Origin: a virus
Taxonomy: Duplodnaviria; Heunggongvirae; Uroviricota; Caudoviricetes
IMG/VR virus record: IMGVR_UViG_3300005544_000021
Reading direction: 5' to 3' (one strand)
DNA length: 48,829 nucleotides
A program made the position numbers and the translations under genes. Position 1 is the first letter of the stretch, and each line of letters opens with the position of its first letter. Positions 1 to 9,172 of the stretch are shown piece by piece. The notes under the pieces are model-generated. The model was not told where the DNA came from. It saw only the letters and a program-made list of their open reading frames with translations, and did not search any database.

Positions 1-528
1 ACCAACATTAGCAGCGGGTTCAACCTCCCGAACTTTTCTAATTTTTCGGGGATCAATATATCTTAGTTCTTGAATACCAGCCTGAGGTTGTTTTTCATCT
101 ATAATAGCATGATAAGGAAGCCTGCCATCCACGTAAAAACGCAGGAAAATATCCTTTGCCCGAACATTCCATTTTAGAAGTTGTTGGATGGTTTCAAACT
201 CGCCTTCAATAGCTTTTTTAGTACTATCTCCAACCATATCATCTAAATCGTCCAGGACTATATCAACAATTTTTTGCCCTTCTTCGTGGACAATAGTTTC
301 GTTGGAAATATTCTTAACCGCCGAATCAATCTCATGATGCAACATCATTTGGCGGTATTTGCTTATGAGTTCGGCTTCGTTTTTAACCGATCCTTCAATA
401 TCAATATATCCCCCATAGTGACCTCCAGCGGCCACAGTAACAGCTCCATCATCTACAACGGGGGGAGTGAAAGATGGAAGGGGTTTAGCTTCCGCTTGTT
501 TACGAATTTCCCAGCCGAATATTCTCAA
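1..528 (-). CDS. gp20: Portal vertex protein (T4 gp20-like), N-terminal 176 codons, runs off the window; not in the ORF track
   Basis: Manual translation from TTG at 528: MRIFGWEIRKQ...DIEGSVKNEAELISKYRQMMLHHEIDSAV...FYVDGRLPYHAIIDEKQPQAGIQELRYIDPRKIRKVRE, matching gp20 motifs. GGAG RBS upstream; follows gp19. Confidence 0.95.
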   Translation of the reverse strand, partial: MRIFGWEIRKQAEAKPLPSFTPPVVDDGAVTVAAGGHYGGYIDIEGSVKNEAELISKYRQMMLHHEIDSAVKNISNETIVHEEGQKIVDIVLDDLDDMVGDSTKKAIEGEFETIQQLLKWNVRAKDIFLRFYVDGRLPYHAIIDEKQPQAGIQELRYIDPRKIRKVREVEPAANVG

Positions 529-959
529 TCAACTTCTCCATGACTTTGTAACATTTTATGAAAATATTCGGTTGTATTATGAGGTAGTTCATAAACATGT
601 GCTTTAAGAATACCTTTACTATGAATATGTTCAATAGCCGCACGATGATGACCATCTAAAATTAGATGATGTTTTCCAACCTTTAATAAAATTGGATTAT
701 GATGTCCTTCAAATGTTGTTTCATCTGGGTCTGCTCCAGTATTTCTTAGCCATTTTTGAGTGGCAATTAAACTTCCAGTATTTACATTAGAAAGTTTAGC
801 TGGAGTAGTATGACTGTTAATATGGTCTACAACTATACCCAATCTTTCCTCTCCAGCAGTTTTATATTCATCATGATATCCATGAAATATCTTAGAAAGT
901 CTAAATGGAGTTTCTTTTGGAAGCTTTACTTCTAATAAAAATTGCTGAAAAGACAACAA
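525..959 (-). CDS. ParB/Srx-like domain protein with capsid-targeting-like leader (MLSFQQFLLE)
   Basis: LIATQKWL...PILLKVGKHHLILDGHHRAA is the ParB/sulfiredoxin-like motif. TTG start with AAGGA RBS; stop overlaps the gp20 start. Confidence 0.75.
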   Translation of the reverse strand: MLSFQQFLLEVKLPKETPFRLSKIFHGYHDEYKTAGEERLGIVVDHINSHTTPAKLSNVNTGSLIATQKWLRNTGADPDETTFEGHHNPILLKVGKHHLILDGHHRAAIEHIHSKGILKAHVYELPHNTTEYFHKMLQSHGEVD

Positions 960-1050
960 CCAAAAATCCTTTCTAAATCATTATAAAAACATGAAATCCC
1001 AATCGTAATATTTTTGGAAAATATCAGAGGATTGGGACATATAAAATCAT

Positions 1051-1680
1051 TTAAGGCGTAGTAACGCGAGGGACTCCAGTTTCCTGATTACCACTGATAC
1101 TACCTTGCTCGGGTTCATCAGGTAGCAACACAGAATATTGATCCGAAGCACTTGATTGATTAATTGGTTGGAAGTAATCTAAAGCAAAAGTGACATTAAA
1201 TTGTTCAAGCTGACCTTGGGAACCCCAATCTAAGGGAATAGGAGTAATACTCATAGGCCATAAACCAATAAACTGATAAGCTCTTAAATCCCGACCATCT
1301 TTACCTTTTTGTAGAACTTCGGCGGTAGCTTTATATCCCGTTGGATAAAAACTTGGATTTAGACGATTTGAAACCAAGGTGTTCATAATATTAGACCAAG
1401 ATTCTAACATGGCTCTTTGCCCAAAATCTTCATCGTTCATGATAGTTACATCCCAATTATCATAAACTCGTTCGCCCGCAAATTTAGCTTGCCAACCAAA
1501 ATATGGAGCAATAACAGGTTGAACGACAAATCCGGGAAGACTTGCCGCACTTACCAGAAGTACTGATCTTTTACTTTCGGCGGAAGTAAATGGCGGAAAC
1601 AAAGATACCTCAAACTGATTAGGACGAGCCCCGCCTTGCTTGAGACCGTTTGCCCGAAAATTTTCTATATTAAAACTAAT
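1051..1680 (-). CDS. gp19: Tail tube protein (T4 gp19-like), probable ATT start
   Basis: WDVTIMNDEDF...LESWSN...FIGLWPMSITPIPLDW...EQFNVTFALDY. The frame extends upstream of the track start (1602) through SFNIENFRANGLKQGGARPNQFEV to ATT at 1680, 8 nt after AAGGAG. Confidence 0.93.
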   Translation of the reverse strand: MSFNIENFRANGLKQGGARPNQFEVSLFPPFTSAESKRSVLLVSAASLPGFVVQPVIAPYFGWQAKFAGERVYDNWDVTIMNDEDFGQRAMLESWSNIMNTLVSNRLNPSFYPTGYKATAEVLQKGKDGRDLRAYQFIGLWPMSITPIPLDWGSQGQLEQFNVTFALDYFQPINQSSASDQYSVLLPDEPEQGSISGNQETGVPRVTTP

Positions 1681-1712
1681 AGCACTTACTCCTTAAAGAT
1701 GTTGATTATTAT

Positions 1713-1720
1713 TATTTATA
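1713..1720 (-). promoter_or_regulatory. T4-type late promoter TATAAATA upstream of gp19
   Basis: Exact TATAAATA on the minus strand, about 33 nt upstream of the gp19 start. Confidence 0.75.
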
Positions 1721-1745
1721 TCCTGATAATTTACCTATAAGACCC

Positions 1746-4049
1746 TTAGGAGTACTTCCCTATAACTTCGTTGAAACTTACCGCCGTGCGAACTGCAATA
1801 AAGTTCAGGTTAACCCAGTTAATACTGCGGGCTGGCTTAATATAGATATCGCAATTTAACTCATTATTATCAATAACATCTCCATCGTTATTTGATGCAT
1901 CGCAAATCACCTGGAAGTCATAAATGCCTCGTCGTCCTTGAATTGTCCGAAGATATGGGATAATCATGTTGCGAACTTGAGCCCGAGTAAATGCATCATT
2001 GAACTCAAAGAGGAAGAATTTAGCTGCCGTGGCGATTGCTTTTTCAATCGTGATAAACAAGCGACGCACGTTAATTCGGCTAAAGGCTGAATCTTTTGCC
2101 AGCAAAGTCTTATCACCAAATAGGAGGAAACCTTGTCCTGGATCATTAATGACAGGATTAATTCCGTTTGTATAAAGGGCATCCCGATATGCTTTTCTTG
2201 GATTCCACGCTAGCTTAACAACATTCTTTAAGAGACCCCGATTATATCCTGCAAAAGACCACCAGGGATCATTTGTCGTGTCGGTTCTAACTGCCAGACC
2301 TGCCATATCTCCATTTAATGGAATCCAACGGAAGATATCATTATAACGATCATACATATATTTGTAGCCAGAATCCATAAAGACATAAGAGGTTGATCTG
2401 AGGTTATTTCGGAAGTCAATAGCATTATCGGCTTCAAATCCTACCTGATTAACAACGTCAGTTCTATTTGGAGAAACGAAGAGAACACAATCTTTTCTCT
2501 TTTCCACGATATTATCGGTGATATAGTTTGCAAGTTGCTCCCCATTTATGCCGCCTCGGGCTCTACCCTGCATAATTAAATTTACGTCTACATCTTCGGC
2601 AGATTGGAATAAATCATAAGCATTAGCCAACACGCCCAGAGAAACAACTGTTTCGTCTGAACCATCTTGACCATAATTAAAATCCAAGGACTGAATAGAT
2701 GTGTTTGAGACCGAAGAAAGATTCAAGGCTGTATTTGTGTATCCGATAGACCGGGGATTACAAATCCAAATATATTGGGAAGCTTGATTTATAACGTCTT
2801 GATAGAAAATCGTACCCCCATCAATACCCTTAGCGTTTGTGGCTCGGGAAAGATGACTATATTTTTCCAAGACAGTTCCTGGAACACCCGTGAATAAACC
2901 ATCACTATCCACGACAACCACGTGTAATTCATCGTTTGCCGCCGTGTTTCCATTTATACGCACAAAGTCTGATTGACTTGGGGCGCTATCCATTAAGCTG
3001 AAGAATTCCCAGAATCTGGTAAAGTCTTCAGTTAGATTTTGATTGGCAATCAGGCGTAAATCTTCATTAAATTGAAGTTGGAAGGTAGCCGCTGCGACAG
3101 TGCTATTCACGTTTGAGGTATAGGTGTTAATTGTCGTGATTTGCAGAGCTTGCGTACCAATTGAGTTATTTCCAAACTCCACAAAATCGGTAACTTGCAT
3201 ATTAGCTTGAAAATCAGTTGCTGCTGTATTGACTGCAAGTCTGGCGTTATTTTGTGAAGTACCATCATGGTTATAAATTAACACTACTGTTGCGGTGTTT
3301 GAACCAACGTTTAAGGAAACGGAGGCTCCTCCATTTGCCAGGGTAGCAAGATTAATTGTGCTGGTAAAACCCCCCGAAGAATCACAGAGATTGATTCTTA
3401 ATGAATCTCCTATTGCTCCTGGATATCTGGCGACGGCAATAATATCTGGATCAAAAGTTCCAGCTTTGGTTATATAATCATCTTCCTGCCGAATAATTTG
3501 ATATTCAAGATTTGCTACTTGGGCTGTGTTTGCGATTGAGGAAAATACTGAGGTATTTGTTACAGCCTGGAATTGAATAGTTCCATTTGATAAGGCGTGT
3601 GAACTTGAATCAAGGGTAAAGGCTGTAGAATTAACGATAGCCCCGATGGTTGCCCCAATAGTGACAACTCCAGCAATATTAGCTGCAACGATGATATCTC
3701 CTGCCGCTAGGGGGGCCGTGTTTGTTCCCGTAACTGTAGAATTACCGCTTACAAAAGTTGCGTTAGCAAGAGGGGAACTTCCTGTGGTATTTGCGGCCCG
3801 AGAAACTAAAAGTTTATTACCATCAGCAAGGAAGCTTGCAGCGGTAAAGAATGTTTCGGGGTTAAAGTTTGTTGGTTTACCAAACGTTTTCCAGAGGGTA
3901 GTTTCTGAATCAATTAGCATTCTATGCCCAATTGGACCCCAGCGATAGACACCAGCGATTGCTCCAATAGTAGTGGCTTGAATAGGAATGCCACCAGTTA
4001 AATCAAATTCCTTAATATTCACGCTCGGGCTTACACTGAAGAACGGCAT
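1746..4049 (-). CDS. gp18: Tail sheath protein (T4 gp18-like) with N/T/S-rich inserted domains
   Basis: SPSVNIKEFDLT...WGPIG...FGKP N-terminus and FSRINVRRLF...FEFNDAFTRAQ...IKPARSINWVNLNFIAVRTAVSFNEV C-terminus; AGGAG RBS. Confidence 0.97.
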   Translation of the reverse strand: MPFFSVSPSVNIKEFDLTGGIPIQATTIGAIAGVYRWGPIGHRMLIDSETTLWKTFGKPTNFNPETFFTAASFLADGNKLLVSRAANTTGSSPLANATFVSGNSTVTGTNTAPLAAGDIIVAANIAGVVTIGATIGAIVNSTAFTLDSSSHALSNGTIQFQAVTNTSVFSSIANTAQVANLEYQIIRQEDDYITKAGTFDPDIIAVARYPGAIGDSLRINLCDSSGGFTSTINLATLANGGASVSLNVGSNTATVVLIYNHDGTSQNNARLAVNTAATDFQANMQVTDFVEFGNNSIGTQALQITTINTYTSNVNSTVAAATFQLQFNEDLRLIANQNLTEDFTRFWEFFSLMDSAPSQSDFVRINGNTAANDELHVVVVDSDGLFTGVPGTVLEKYSHLSRATNAKGIDGGTIFYQDVINQASQYIWICNPRSIGYTNTALNLSSVSNTSIQSLDFNYGQDGSDETVVSLGVLANAYDLFQSAEDVDVNLIMQGRARGGINGEQLANYITDNIVEKRKDCVLFVSPNRTDVVNQVGFEADNAIDFRNNLRSTSYVFMDSGYKYMYDRYNDIFRWIPLNGDMAGLAVRTDTTNDPWWSFAGYNRGLLKNVVKLAWNPRKAYRDALYTNGINPVINDPGQGFLLFGDKTLLAKDSAFSRINVRRLFITIEKAIATAAKFFLFEFNDAFTRAQVRNMIIPYLRTIQGRRGIYDFQVICDASNNDGDVIDNNELNCDIYIKPARSINWVNLNFIAVRTAVSFNEVIGKYS

Positions 4050-4102
4050 ACGGACAATCTCCTAATTTATTCTAGTAAAAACACAGTTTCTTAATTCAAA
4101 TC

Positions 4103-4127
4103 TATTTAGAAAAATATTATATTTATG
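4103..4127 (-). promoter_or_regulatory. Late-promoter-like TAAATA boxes (CATAAATA, TCTAAATA) upstream of gp18
   Basis: Two TAAATA cores on the minus strand 55-80 nt upstream of the gp18 ATG; the region is AT-rich. Confidence 0.5.
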
Positions 4128-4146
4128 ATATACAGTAGATATCTAG

Positions 4147-4175
4147 TTGACATTTGTAAATAAATATTCTAGAAT
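4147..4175 (+). promoter_or_regulatory. Sigma70-type promoter TTGACA-N17-TAGAAT for the homing endonuclease gene
   Basis: TTGACA at 4147-4152, 17-nt spacer, TAGAAT at 4170-4175; AAAGGAG RBS and ATG 4204 downstream. Confidence 0.7.
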
Positions 4176-4203
4176 ACGATATAAGGTTTCAAAAGGAGAG
4201 AAG

Positions 4204-5046
4204 ATGATACCATACACTTATTTGTTAATTTTTGATCATCCAGACTTACCAAAGAAATATTATTATGGAGTTCAGTATGGAAAGAATGCTCACCCTGATA
4301 ATCTATGGAAAACATATTTTAGTTCAGGAAAAAAAGTTCATGATCTAATAGAACAATATGGAGAAGAAAATTTTGTATTTGAAATACGTCGGATATTTAA
4401 AAATCCAGAACACGCTAAAACATGGGAACAAAAAGTTCTTCAGCGAATGAAAGTAAAGGATAATCCTGATTGGTTAAATGAAAATGACCATTTTGCTCCA
4501 CCAATAATATCTGGCGAAAAACATTGGTTATATGGGAAATCTTTGCCTAAAAATACTTTAAAAAAAGCAGTGCAGTCACGACAAGAAAAACTTAAAGACC
4601 CAGAATACAAAAAATGGCTTTCTGATATTATGTCAAATAGAGATTTTTCTTGGATTACAGAAGAATGGAAAGAGAAAAGAAGTCTACAATATAAGCAATT
4701 ATATAAAAATAGACCAGATTTGATGAAAAGGTTGGTTGAGAATAATAAAGGAACTAAAAATGGGATGTATGGTAAAACCCAAAAAGAAAGTAGCCGACAA
4801 CTTATGAGTCAGGCTCATAAGGGCAAAAAACTTGGAAAAGACAACCCTATGTTTGGAACAACAAGGCCGGATTCAGTTAAAGATGCCATATCTAAATCTC
4901 GTAAAAATAAAAGATGGATATATGATCCCCTAACCCGAATACAAAAATCGGTTGACAAAAATTCCTTGGAAGTGTATCTTGCCCAAGGATGGAAACTGGG
5001 GCGTCTCAAATATAAGGATGATCCAGATTTCCTCTTATCCTTCTGA
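4204..5046 (+). mobile_element. Free-standing GIY-YIG (Seg-like) homing endonuclease with NUMOD3-type repeats
   Basis: PYTYLL...YYYGVQYG...YFSSGKKVHDLIEQYGEENFVFEI catalytic domain; GTKNGMYGKTQKESSRQLMSQAHKG and NPMFGTTRPDSVKDAISKSRK repeats. ATG 4204 preferred over the track TTG because of the RBS. Confidence 0.85.
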
Positions 5047-5070
5047 AAACCTGAGAGGACTAGAGAGAGA

Positions 5071-5301
5071 ATGAGATCAGCACAGCATATGCTAAATCTC
5101 CGAGCTATTCAACATCCTCGGGTTGGGGATAAGTGGTATGATCATGGGGTTCTTCAACTACAAGTTATAAAAATTACGGCATTATATATCCATGTAAAAA
5201 CTGGGAATGGAAAAATAGAACAATATACCCCCACGGAATTTAAAAATCATATGTTATATGATACTATTCCCGATAGAACATGGGCAGATGTGGAGACATA
5301 A
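5071..5301 (+). CDS. Hypothetical protein, 76 aa
   Basis: Open frame with GAGAG-rich upstream region; co-oriented with neighbours. Confidence 0.55.
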   Translation: MRSAQHMLNLRAIQHPRVGDKWYDHGVLQLQVIKITALYIHVKTGNGKIEQYTPTEFKNHMLYDTIPDRTWADVET

Positions 5302-5740
5302 GGTGATCATCCCTCGTTGTGGTCCAGAACCCAATGCTTTTTGTATGTACAGTAGTCTTGTTTGTAAGGATCAATGCGAGCTGAAACGGCGCCGAGAGAT
5401 ATACATGAACCTGGAATACGATAAAGAATTGGCTTGGTTTCGGGACCAAATTGCTACACAATTTCCGCTTTATGGTTATCAAGACCTTGAGCAAAGTATT
5501 AATAAAAGTTCAATAATAGATAGATTTGTTGATTCGTTACAAATTTCTACCTGGATATCTCCACGATATCGTATGTATGCCTATATCCCCCCCGGCTTGC
5601 CGAATTGGCCTGTGCCTTTTATAAATGGAATAGCCTCGGATAAGCGTTGGTATGGTATAGGTTGGCCTCCTGGATTTGAAACTAAGGCAAAAATAGATTA
5701 TATGGCTGCAATCCGGGAATTAGTAGAGGGAACTAGATGA
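5258..5740 (+). CDS. Hypothetical protein (true start uncertain, may be downstream)
   Basis: 160-codon frame; stop overlaps the next ATG (ATGA). Confidence 0.55.
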   Translation: MILFPIEHGQMWRHKVIIPRCGPEPNAFCMYSSLVCKDQCELKRRREIYMNLEYDKELAWFRDQIATQFPLYGYQDLEQSINKSSIIDRFVDSLQISTWISPRYRMYAYIPPGLPNWPVPFINGIASDKRWYGIGWPPGFETKAKIDYMAAIRELVEGTR

Positions 5741-5865
5741 AATCTGTTGAAAATTTGCTTCATATAATCGGGAATAATTGGTTTTTATCTTTCTTCACTG
5801 CGATGCTTATTAGTTTCATTATCACAATTCCAATCACTTACTTAGCATTAAGGCTCCTTTTTTAG
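5737..5865 (+). CDS. Small membrane protein, 42 aa (not in track)
   Basis: MKSVENLLHIIGNNWFLSFFTAMLISFIITIPITYLALRLLF; ATGA overlap with the upstream stop, one hydrophobic helix. Confidence 0.5.
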   Translation: MKSVENLLHIIGNNWFLSFFTAMLISFIITIPITYLALRLLF

Positions 5866-5876
5866 AGGAGCCTTAA
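5848..5876. terminator. Hairpin between convergent gene blocks, probable bidirectional terminator
   Basis: TTAAGGCTCCT / AGGAGCCTTAA, perfect 11-bp stem with 7-nt loop. Confidence 0.65.
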
Positions 5877-5908
5877 ACTACTTATACTTTATTAAACTGG
5901 CTATAACC

Positions 5909-6097
5909 TTAGCCGTTGCCCCCGTCTCCCCCGCCAGTGCTACGGTCAATCAAATCCCAAAATACCTTTGGGTTTTTAATGTTGTCAGAGACATTAGGTT
6001 TCTCTTTTACGACTTTTACTTTCTTAACAGGATGTGCCTGGGCTCCGAAAGAAAAAGTAGCTAATAATATACCAGTTAAAATTAAACTACGATACAA
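5909..6097 (-). CDS. Small exported protein, 62 aa
   Basis: Signal peptide ending AQA; C-terminal FWDLIDRSTGGG; AGGAG upstream. Confidence 0.65.
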   Translation of the reverse strand: MYRSLILTGILLATFSFGAQAHPVKKVKVVKEKPNVSDNIKNPKVFWDLIDRSTGGGDGGNG

Positions 6098-6114
6098 TTT
6101 ATATTTACTCCTTT

Positions 6115-6432
6115 TTACTGAAGATATGGGCAGATTTTACGCTGACCGTTTGATAAAGTTATTAGACCTGTTGAGGTATCATAACTTCTATAGTCTTGAG
6201 CGCATTTGCTTTGAGCATCAACTCCCATATTACCTCTTTTATATTTCAATGCTGTCGTTGGATCAGTTGCAGGATCATGATTCAAAATATGATGACCGAC
6301 AAGATAGCCGATAACCCCCATAGCAACGCCGACGCCAATTGTGATTCCAAAATCAGCTCTTGCAGGTTGAGTCATAACTCCAACAAGCAGTCCCATTGTA
6401 ATAACACTTGCTAATATTTTGGACTTTAGCAT
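6115..6432 (-). CDS. BA14K-like exported lectin-family protein
   Basis: Signal peptide (ARA), Gly-rich hydrophobic segment, C-terminal CAQDYRSYDTSTGLITLSNGQRKICPYL. Confidence 0.75.
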   Translation of the reverse strand: MLKSKILASVITMGLLVGVMTQPARADFGITIGVGVAMGVIGYLVGHHILNHDPATDPTTALKYKRGNMGVDAQSKCAQDYRSYDTSTGLITLSNGQRKICPYLQ

Positions 6433-6485
6433 TTTACTTTCCTCTTAGTTTGTTAAAAAAAATCATACTAACGATTTAAAAAGCC

Positions 6486-6830
6486 TCACTTTAAATATGG
6501 ACAAAGCTTTCTGGTTCCATCATTACTTAGGAACAATCCCGTGCTTGAATCAAAAGACTTATACTTTTGAGCACAAAGACTTACGGGGGAAGCTGAATAG
6601 CTAGATGGGCCAGGGCCTACTGGAGCCGCAATAACAGGGCGGGGTTGGGTTAATAGATATGTTCCCAGAACGCCTAAACCTACTCCAGGCCAGAAACCGC
6701 CCCCAAACCAACCAGGACCACCCCAGTGGCCATGTCCCCAATGGCCACCATGACCATGGGCTAAGGCGGGAGCCATAGAACCAAATATAAGGCCCAGGGC
6801 TGTGATTGTGGTAATAATAGTCTTCTTCAT
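6486..6830 (-). CDS. BA14K-like exported lectin-family protein (paralog)
   Basis: Signal peptide (ALA), HGGHW/GGPGW repeats, C-terminal CAQKYKSFDSSTGLFLSNDGTRKLCPYL. Confidence 0.75.
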   Translation of the reverse strand: MKKTIITTITALGLIFGSMAPALAHGHGGHWGHGHWGGPGWFGGGFWPGVGLGVLGTYLLTQPRPVIAAPVGPGPSSYSASPVSLCAQKYKSFDSSTGLFLSNDGTRKLCPYLK

Positions 6831-6885
6831 GAGTTTGTTAGTCTCCGTTTATAACATGTTTGTTTTTAGGATGCGTTTTATTTAG

Positions 6886-7134
6886 CTACTTGAGTTTCTT
6901 AAACGGATTATCATGGTTAGGGTTTGATCTAATTTTATTCCACGCTGATGTTAATTGGTAAGTGGATTCGTTTGATCCCCCATGATCAGGGTGTATTTTC
7001 TTCAAAACTTCATGATATTCCGGCTTTATTTTTGCTAATTCTTGACGCACATTTATTTTGAAGTCCCGAAATATTTTATATGCTTTATGTAGAGGCATAT
7101 CATTTTCCAAAAGAAATTTCTTAAAGCTTACCAT
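6886..7134 (-). CDS. Minimal J-domain (DnaJ-like) protein with capsid-targeting-like leader (MVSFKKFLLE)
   Basis: YHEVLKKIHPDHGGSNESTYQLTSAWNKI (HPD motif). ATG 7134 overlaps the end of gp17. Confidence 0.75.
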   Translation of the reverse strand: MVSFKKFLLENDMPLHKAYKIFRDFKINVRQELAKIKPEYHEVLKKIHPDHGGSNESTYQLTSAWNKIRSNPNHDNPFKKLK

Positions 7135-8774
7135 TCTTCGGGAAACATCCAAGATTCTTGAGGAACTTCTATTAAATCTTCCATGTCTTCTCGTCCGTCA
7201 TTCCGAAAACCAAATGGTAGCATTTCATCCATCATTTGCTCGTCTGTCTTATCACGCAACTTAGACAAAGTATTTATGTCGTTAAGTTCCTTGAAATAAC
7301 TTTGTTCTGTCAGCCAAGCGAAATGAACCAAAGGCATTACCATATCATCATGTTTTCCCGGCTCAGCCTCATATGAATCTTTTTTTCGGGAGAAGGTGAA
7401 TAATTCTTGAATTGTGCCGTAATCGTGAATCACTAATTGATGTTGTTCTACTAAGAGTTTTAACATAGAACATCCCAGAGCCTTGACGGGTTTTGTGGTT
7501 TTGATTCCTTTTTCTGTTGCCTTGTTATACCCAAATGAAATCTGTTTGCCTAATCTTCCGGCACTTCGGGTATGCAGAATGTTTTCATATTCTAAATCAT
7601 AACTTAAAATATCTGCCACACTTGCTCCAATGCCGTTATTTTCAATCAAGACGTTTGCCTCATTATAAGACTTGGCTGTGTGTAAAATAACTTCGGCATA
7701 GTCATAAGGAGTGATCATGTTGTCGTTAAAAGAACAGACTTGAGTATATGGAAGCTTGGTGATATCTATAATATGAAATGCAGAATAGTCAAGTCCTTTT
7801 CCTTCTGAAACATCACAAACACAAATATAGACATGATCTTTTTCAGGTTTGGCAAATTGTCGCAACCCATTTTTATCAATCAATGGCAAGGTGTATTCAT
7901 CTTTTAGTTCTTCTAGACGCCATCCCGCTATTAAGGTTCCGCTTGATCCAAGCCACGCAACCGCATATTCCTGATCAAACTTCTGGGAATCAAAGTTTAG
8001 AGTCGCTAAGGTTTCTTCCCGCCATTTTGGGTTATTCTTGAAGAATGGAACTTGTTGCCATGTTACCTTGATTGGATGGAAACCATTCTTTCCTTTTTCC
8101 GCTAGAGACCATATTTCATGAAAATGGTTTAATCCTTTGGGAGTGCTAACCATGACAATCTTGGATTTTTGTCCCGAGGAAATTGTTGGGTAGACTGAGG
8201 TATAAAATTCTGCCCAATTATCAATGTGTGCGGCCTCGTCCAAAAATAGAATATCAATATTGTATCCCCGAATAGCGTCTTTAGAAGTTGCACTGGCGAT
8301 AACCCTGGAATTATTCTCCAAGGCCATAGAACCCTTATGCCATTCCTTTGTTCCTTGTTTAATCCACATCGGAAGTTCGTGATGTGCATATTGAATCTTT
8401 CCTAGAATTTCTCGGGATGTTTCCCCCTTGTTAGACAAAACTGCTACTGTCTTATCAGCATGGAATGTTACATACCAAAGAATGAAAGCACAAACAGCGG
8501 TTGATTTTCCCGCCCGTCTGGAGGTTGCGATAATTGTAAAGCGATTATCTTTCATGGACATAATCATCTCTTTTTGATAATCAAAGAGCTTGATTAAGAC
8601 TGCACCTTCATCGGAATTAACAACCTTGATATAATTTTCCGCAAAATATATTGGATCATCTTTACATTTAATATATTCGGAAATTCTATCGGGAGTCCAG
8701 GAAATTGGAATTCCGGTGCGTTTTAGGGTTTGGGAACCCCGATAAGTGTTAGTATAGGATATGTGTTCGGACAT
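7128..8774 (-). CDS. gp17: Terminase large subunit (T4 gp17-like)
   Basis: CKDDPIYFAENY, Walker A-like SRRAGKST, Walker B LFLDEAAH, VSTPKG, DVSEGKGLDYSAF, HDDMVM. Confidence 0.98.
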   Translation of the reverse strand: MSEHISYTNTYRGSQTLKRTGIPISWTPDRISEYIKCKDDPIYFAENYIKVVNSDEGAVLIKLFDYQKEMIMSMKDNRFTIIATSRRAGKSTAVCAFILWYVTFHADKTVAVLSNKGETSREILGKIQYAHHELPMWIKQGTKEWHKGSMALENNSRVIASATSKDAIRGYNIDILFLDEAAHIDNWAEFYTSVYPTISSGQKSKIVMVSTPKGLNHFHEIWSLAEKGKNGFHPIKVTWQQVPFFKNNPKWREETLATLNFDSQKFDQEYAVAWLGSSGTLIAGWRLEELKDEYTLPLIDKNGLRQFAKPEKDHVYICVCDVSEGKGLDYSAFHIIDITKLPYTQVCSFNDNMITPYDYAEVILHTAKSYNEANVLIENNGIGASVADILSYDLEYENILHTRSAGRLGKQISFGYNKATEKGIKTTKPVKALGCSMLKLLVEQHQLVIHDYGTIQELFTFSRKKDSYEAEPGKHDDMVMPLVHFAWLTEQSYFKELNDINTLSKLRDKTDEQMMDEMLPFGFRNDGREDMEDLIEVPQESWMFPEEW

Positions 8775-9172
8775 TAATCTTTTTTGATATTCTCTAACAT
8801 CTTGCCAAGTTCGGCTGTAGTTATATGAAGATGTTGATTTACTTCATTTGGTTGATCTTGTCGCTTATTAATAAATTTCGTTTTCTCATTAATCATTTTG
8901 CTTTCCACAAGCTGGCGATTTGAATCCACCAAATTTTTCATGTGCATAGTCAGAACTTCAAAAGCCCGAGGGTGCCCAGATTGTTGGGCAATTTCCATTA
9001 GTTCCGACATGGCAATATTACCTTGTTCAATTGCTAGCTTTATGTTCTTGCGGACAAATTCAAAATCATCTCCCTCAACATCCACATCTATTTCTTTTGG
9101 AATCAAAACATCCGTGGGGATATTAAGAATAGATTCTAAGTCATTCTCGGGGTTTTTATCTTCTTCATTCAT
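8774..9172 (-). CDS. gp16: Terminase small subunit (T4 gp16-like)
   Basis: DDFEFVRKNI...AQQSGHPRAFEV motif; directly upstream of gp17. Confidence 0.9.
   Translation of the reverse strand: MNEEDKNPENDLESILNIPTDVLIPKEIDVDVEGDDFEFVRKNIKLAIEQGNIAMSELMEIAQQSGHPRAFEVLTMHMKNLVDSNRQLVESKMINEKTKFINKRQDQPNEVNQHLHITTAELGKMLENIKKD

Noticed and set aside
274-543. Plus-strand 89-aa ORF
   Set aside because: Antisense shadow of the portal gene gp20.
997-1038. Hairpin TCCCAATC/GATTGGGA after gp19 as a terminator
   Set aside because: An 8-bp stem with a long interior and no clear U-tract on the minus strand; too weak to call.
4147-4203. Track start (TTG 4147) for the homing endonuclease
   Set aside because: That TTG is the -35 box of the promoter; ATG 4204 has the RBS and matches where GIY-YIG domains begin.
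7128-8774. Intron or intein in the terminase
   Set aside because: The ORF is continuous at 548 aa, a typical gp17 length, with no intein-like motifs seen.
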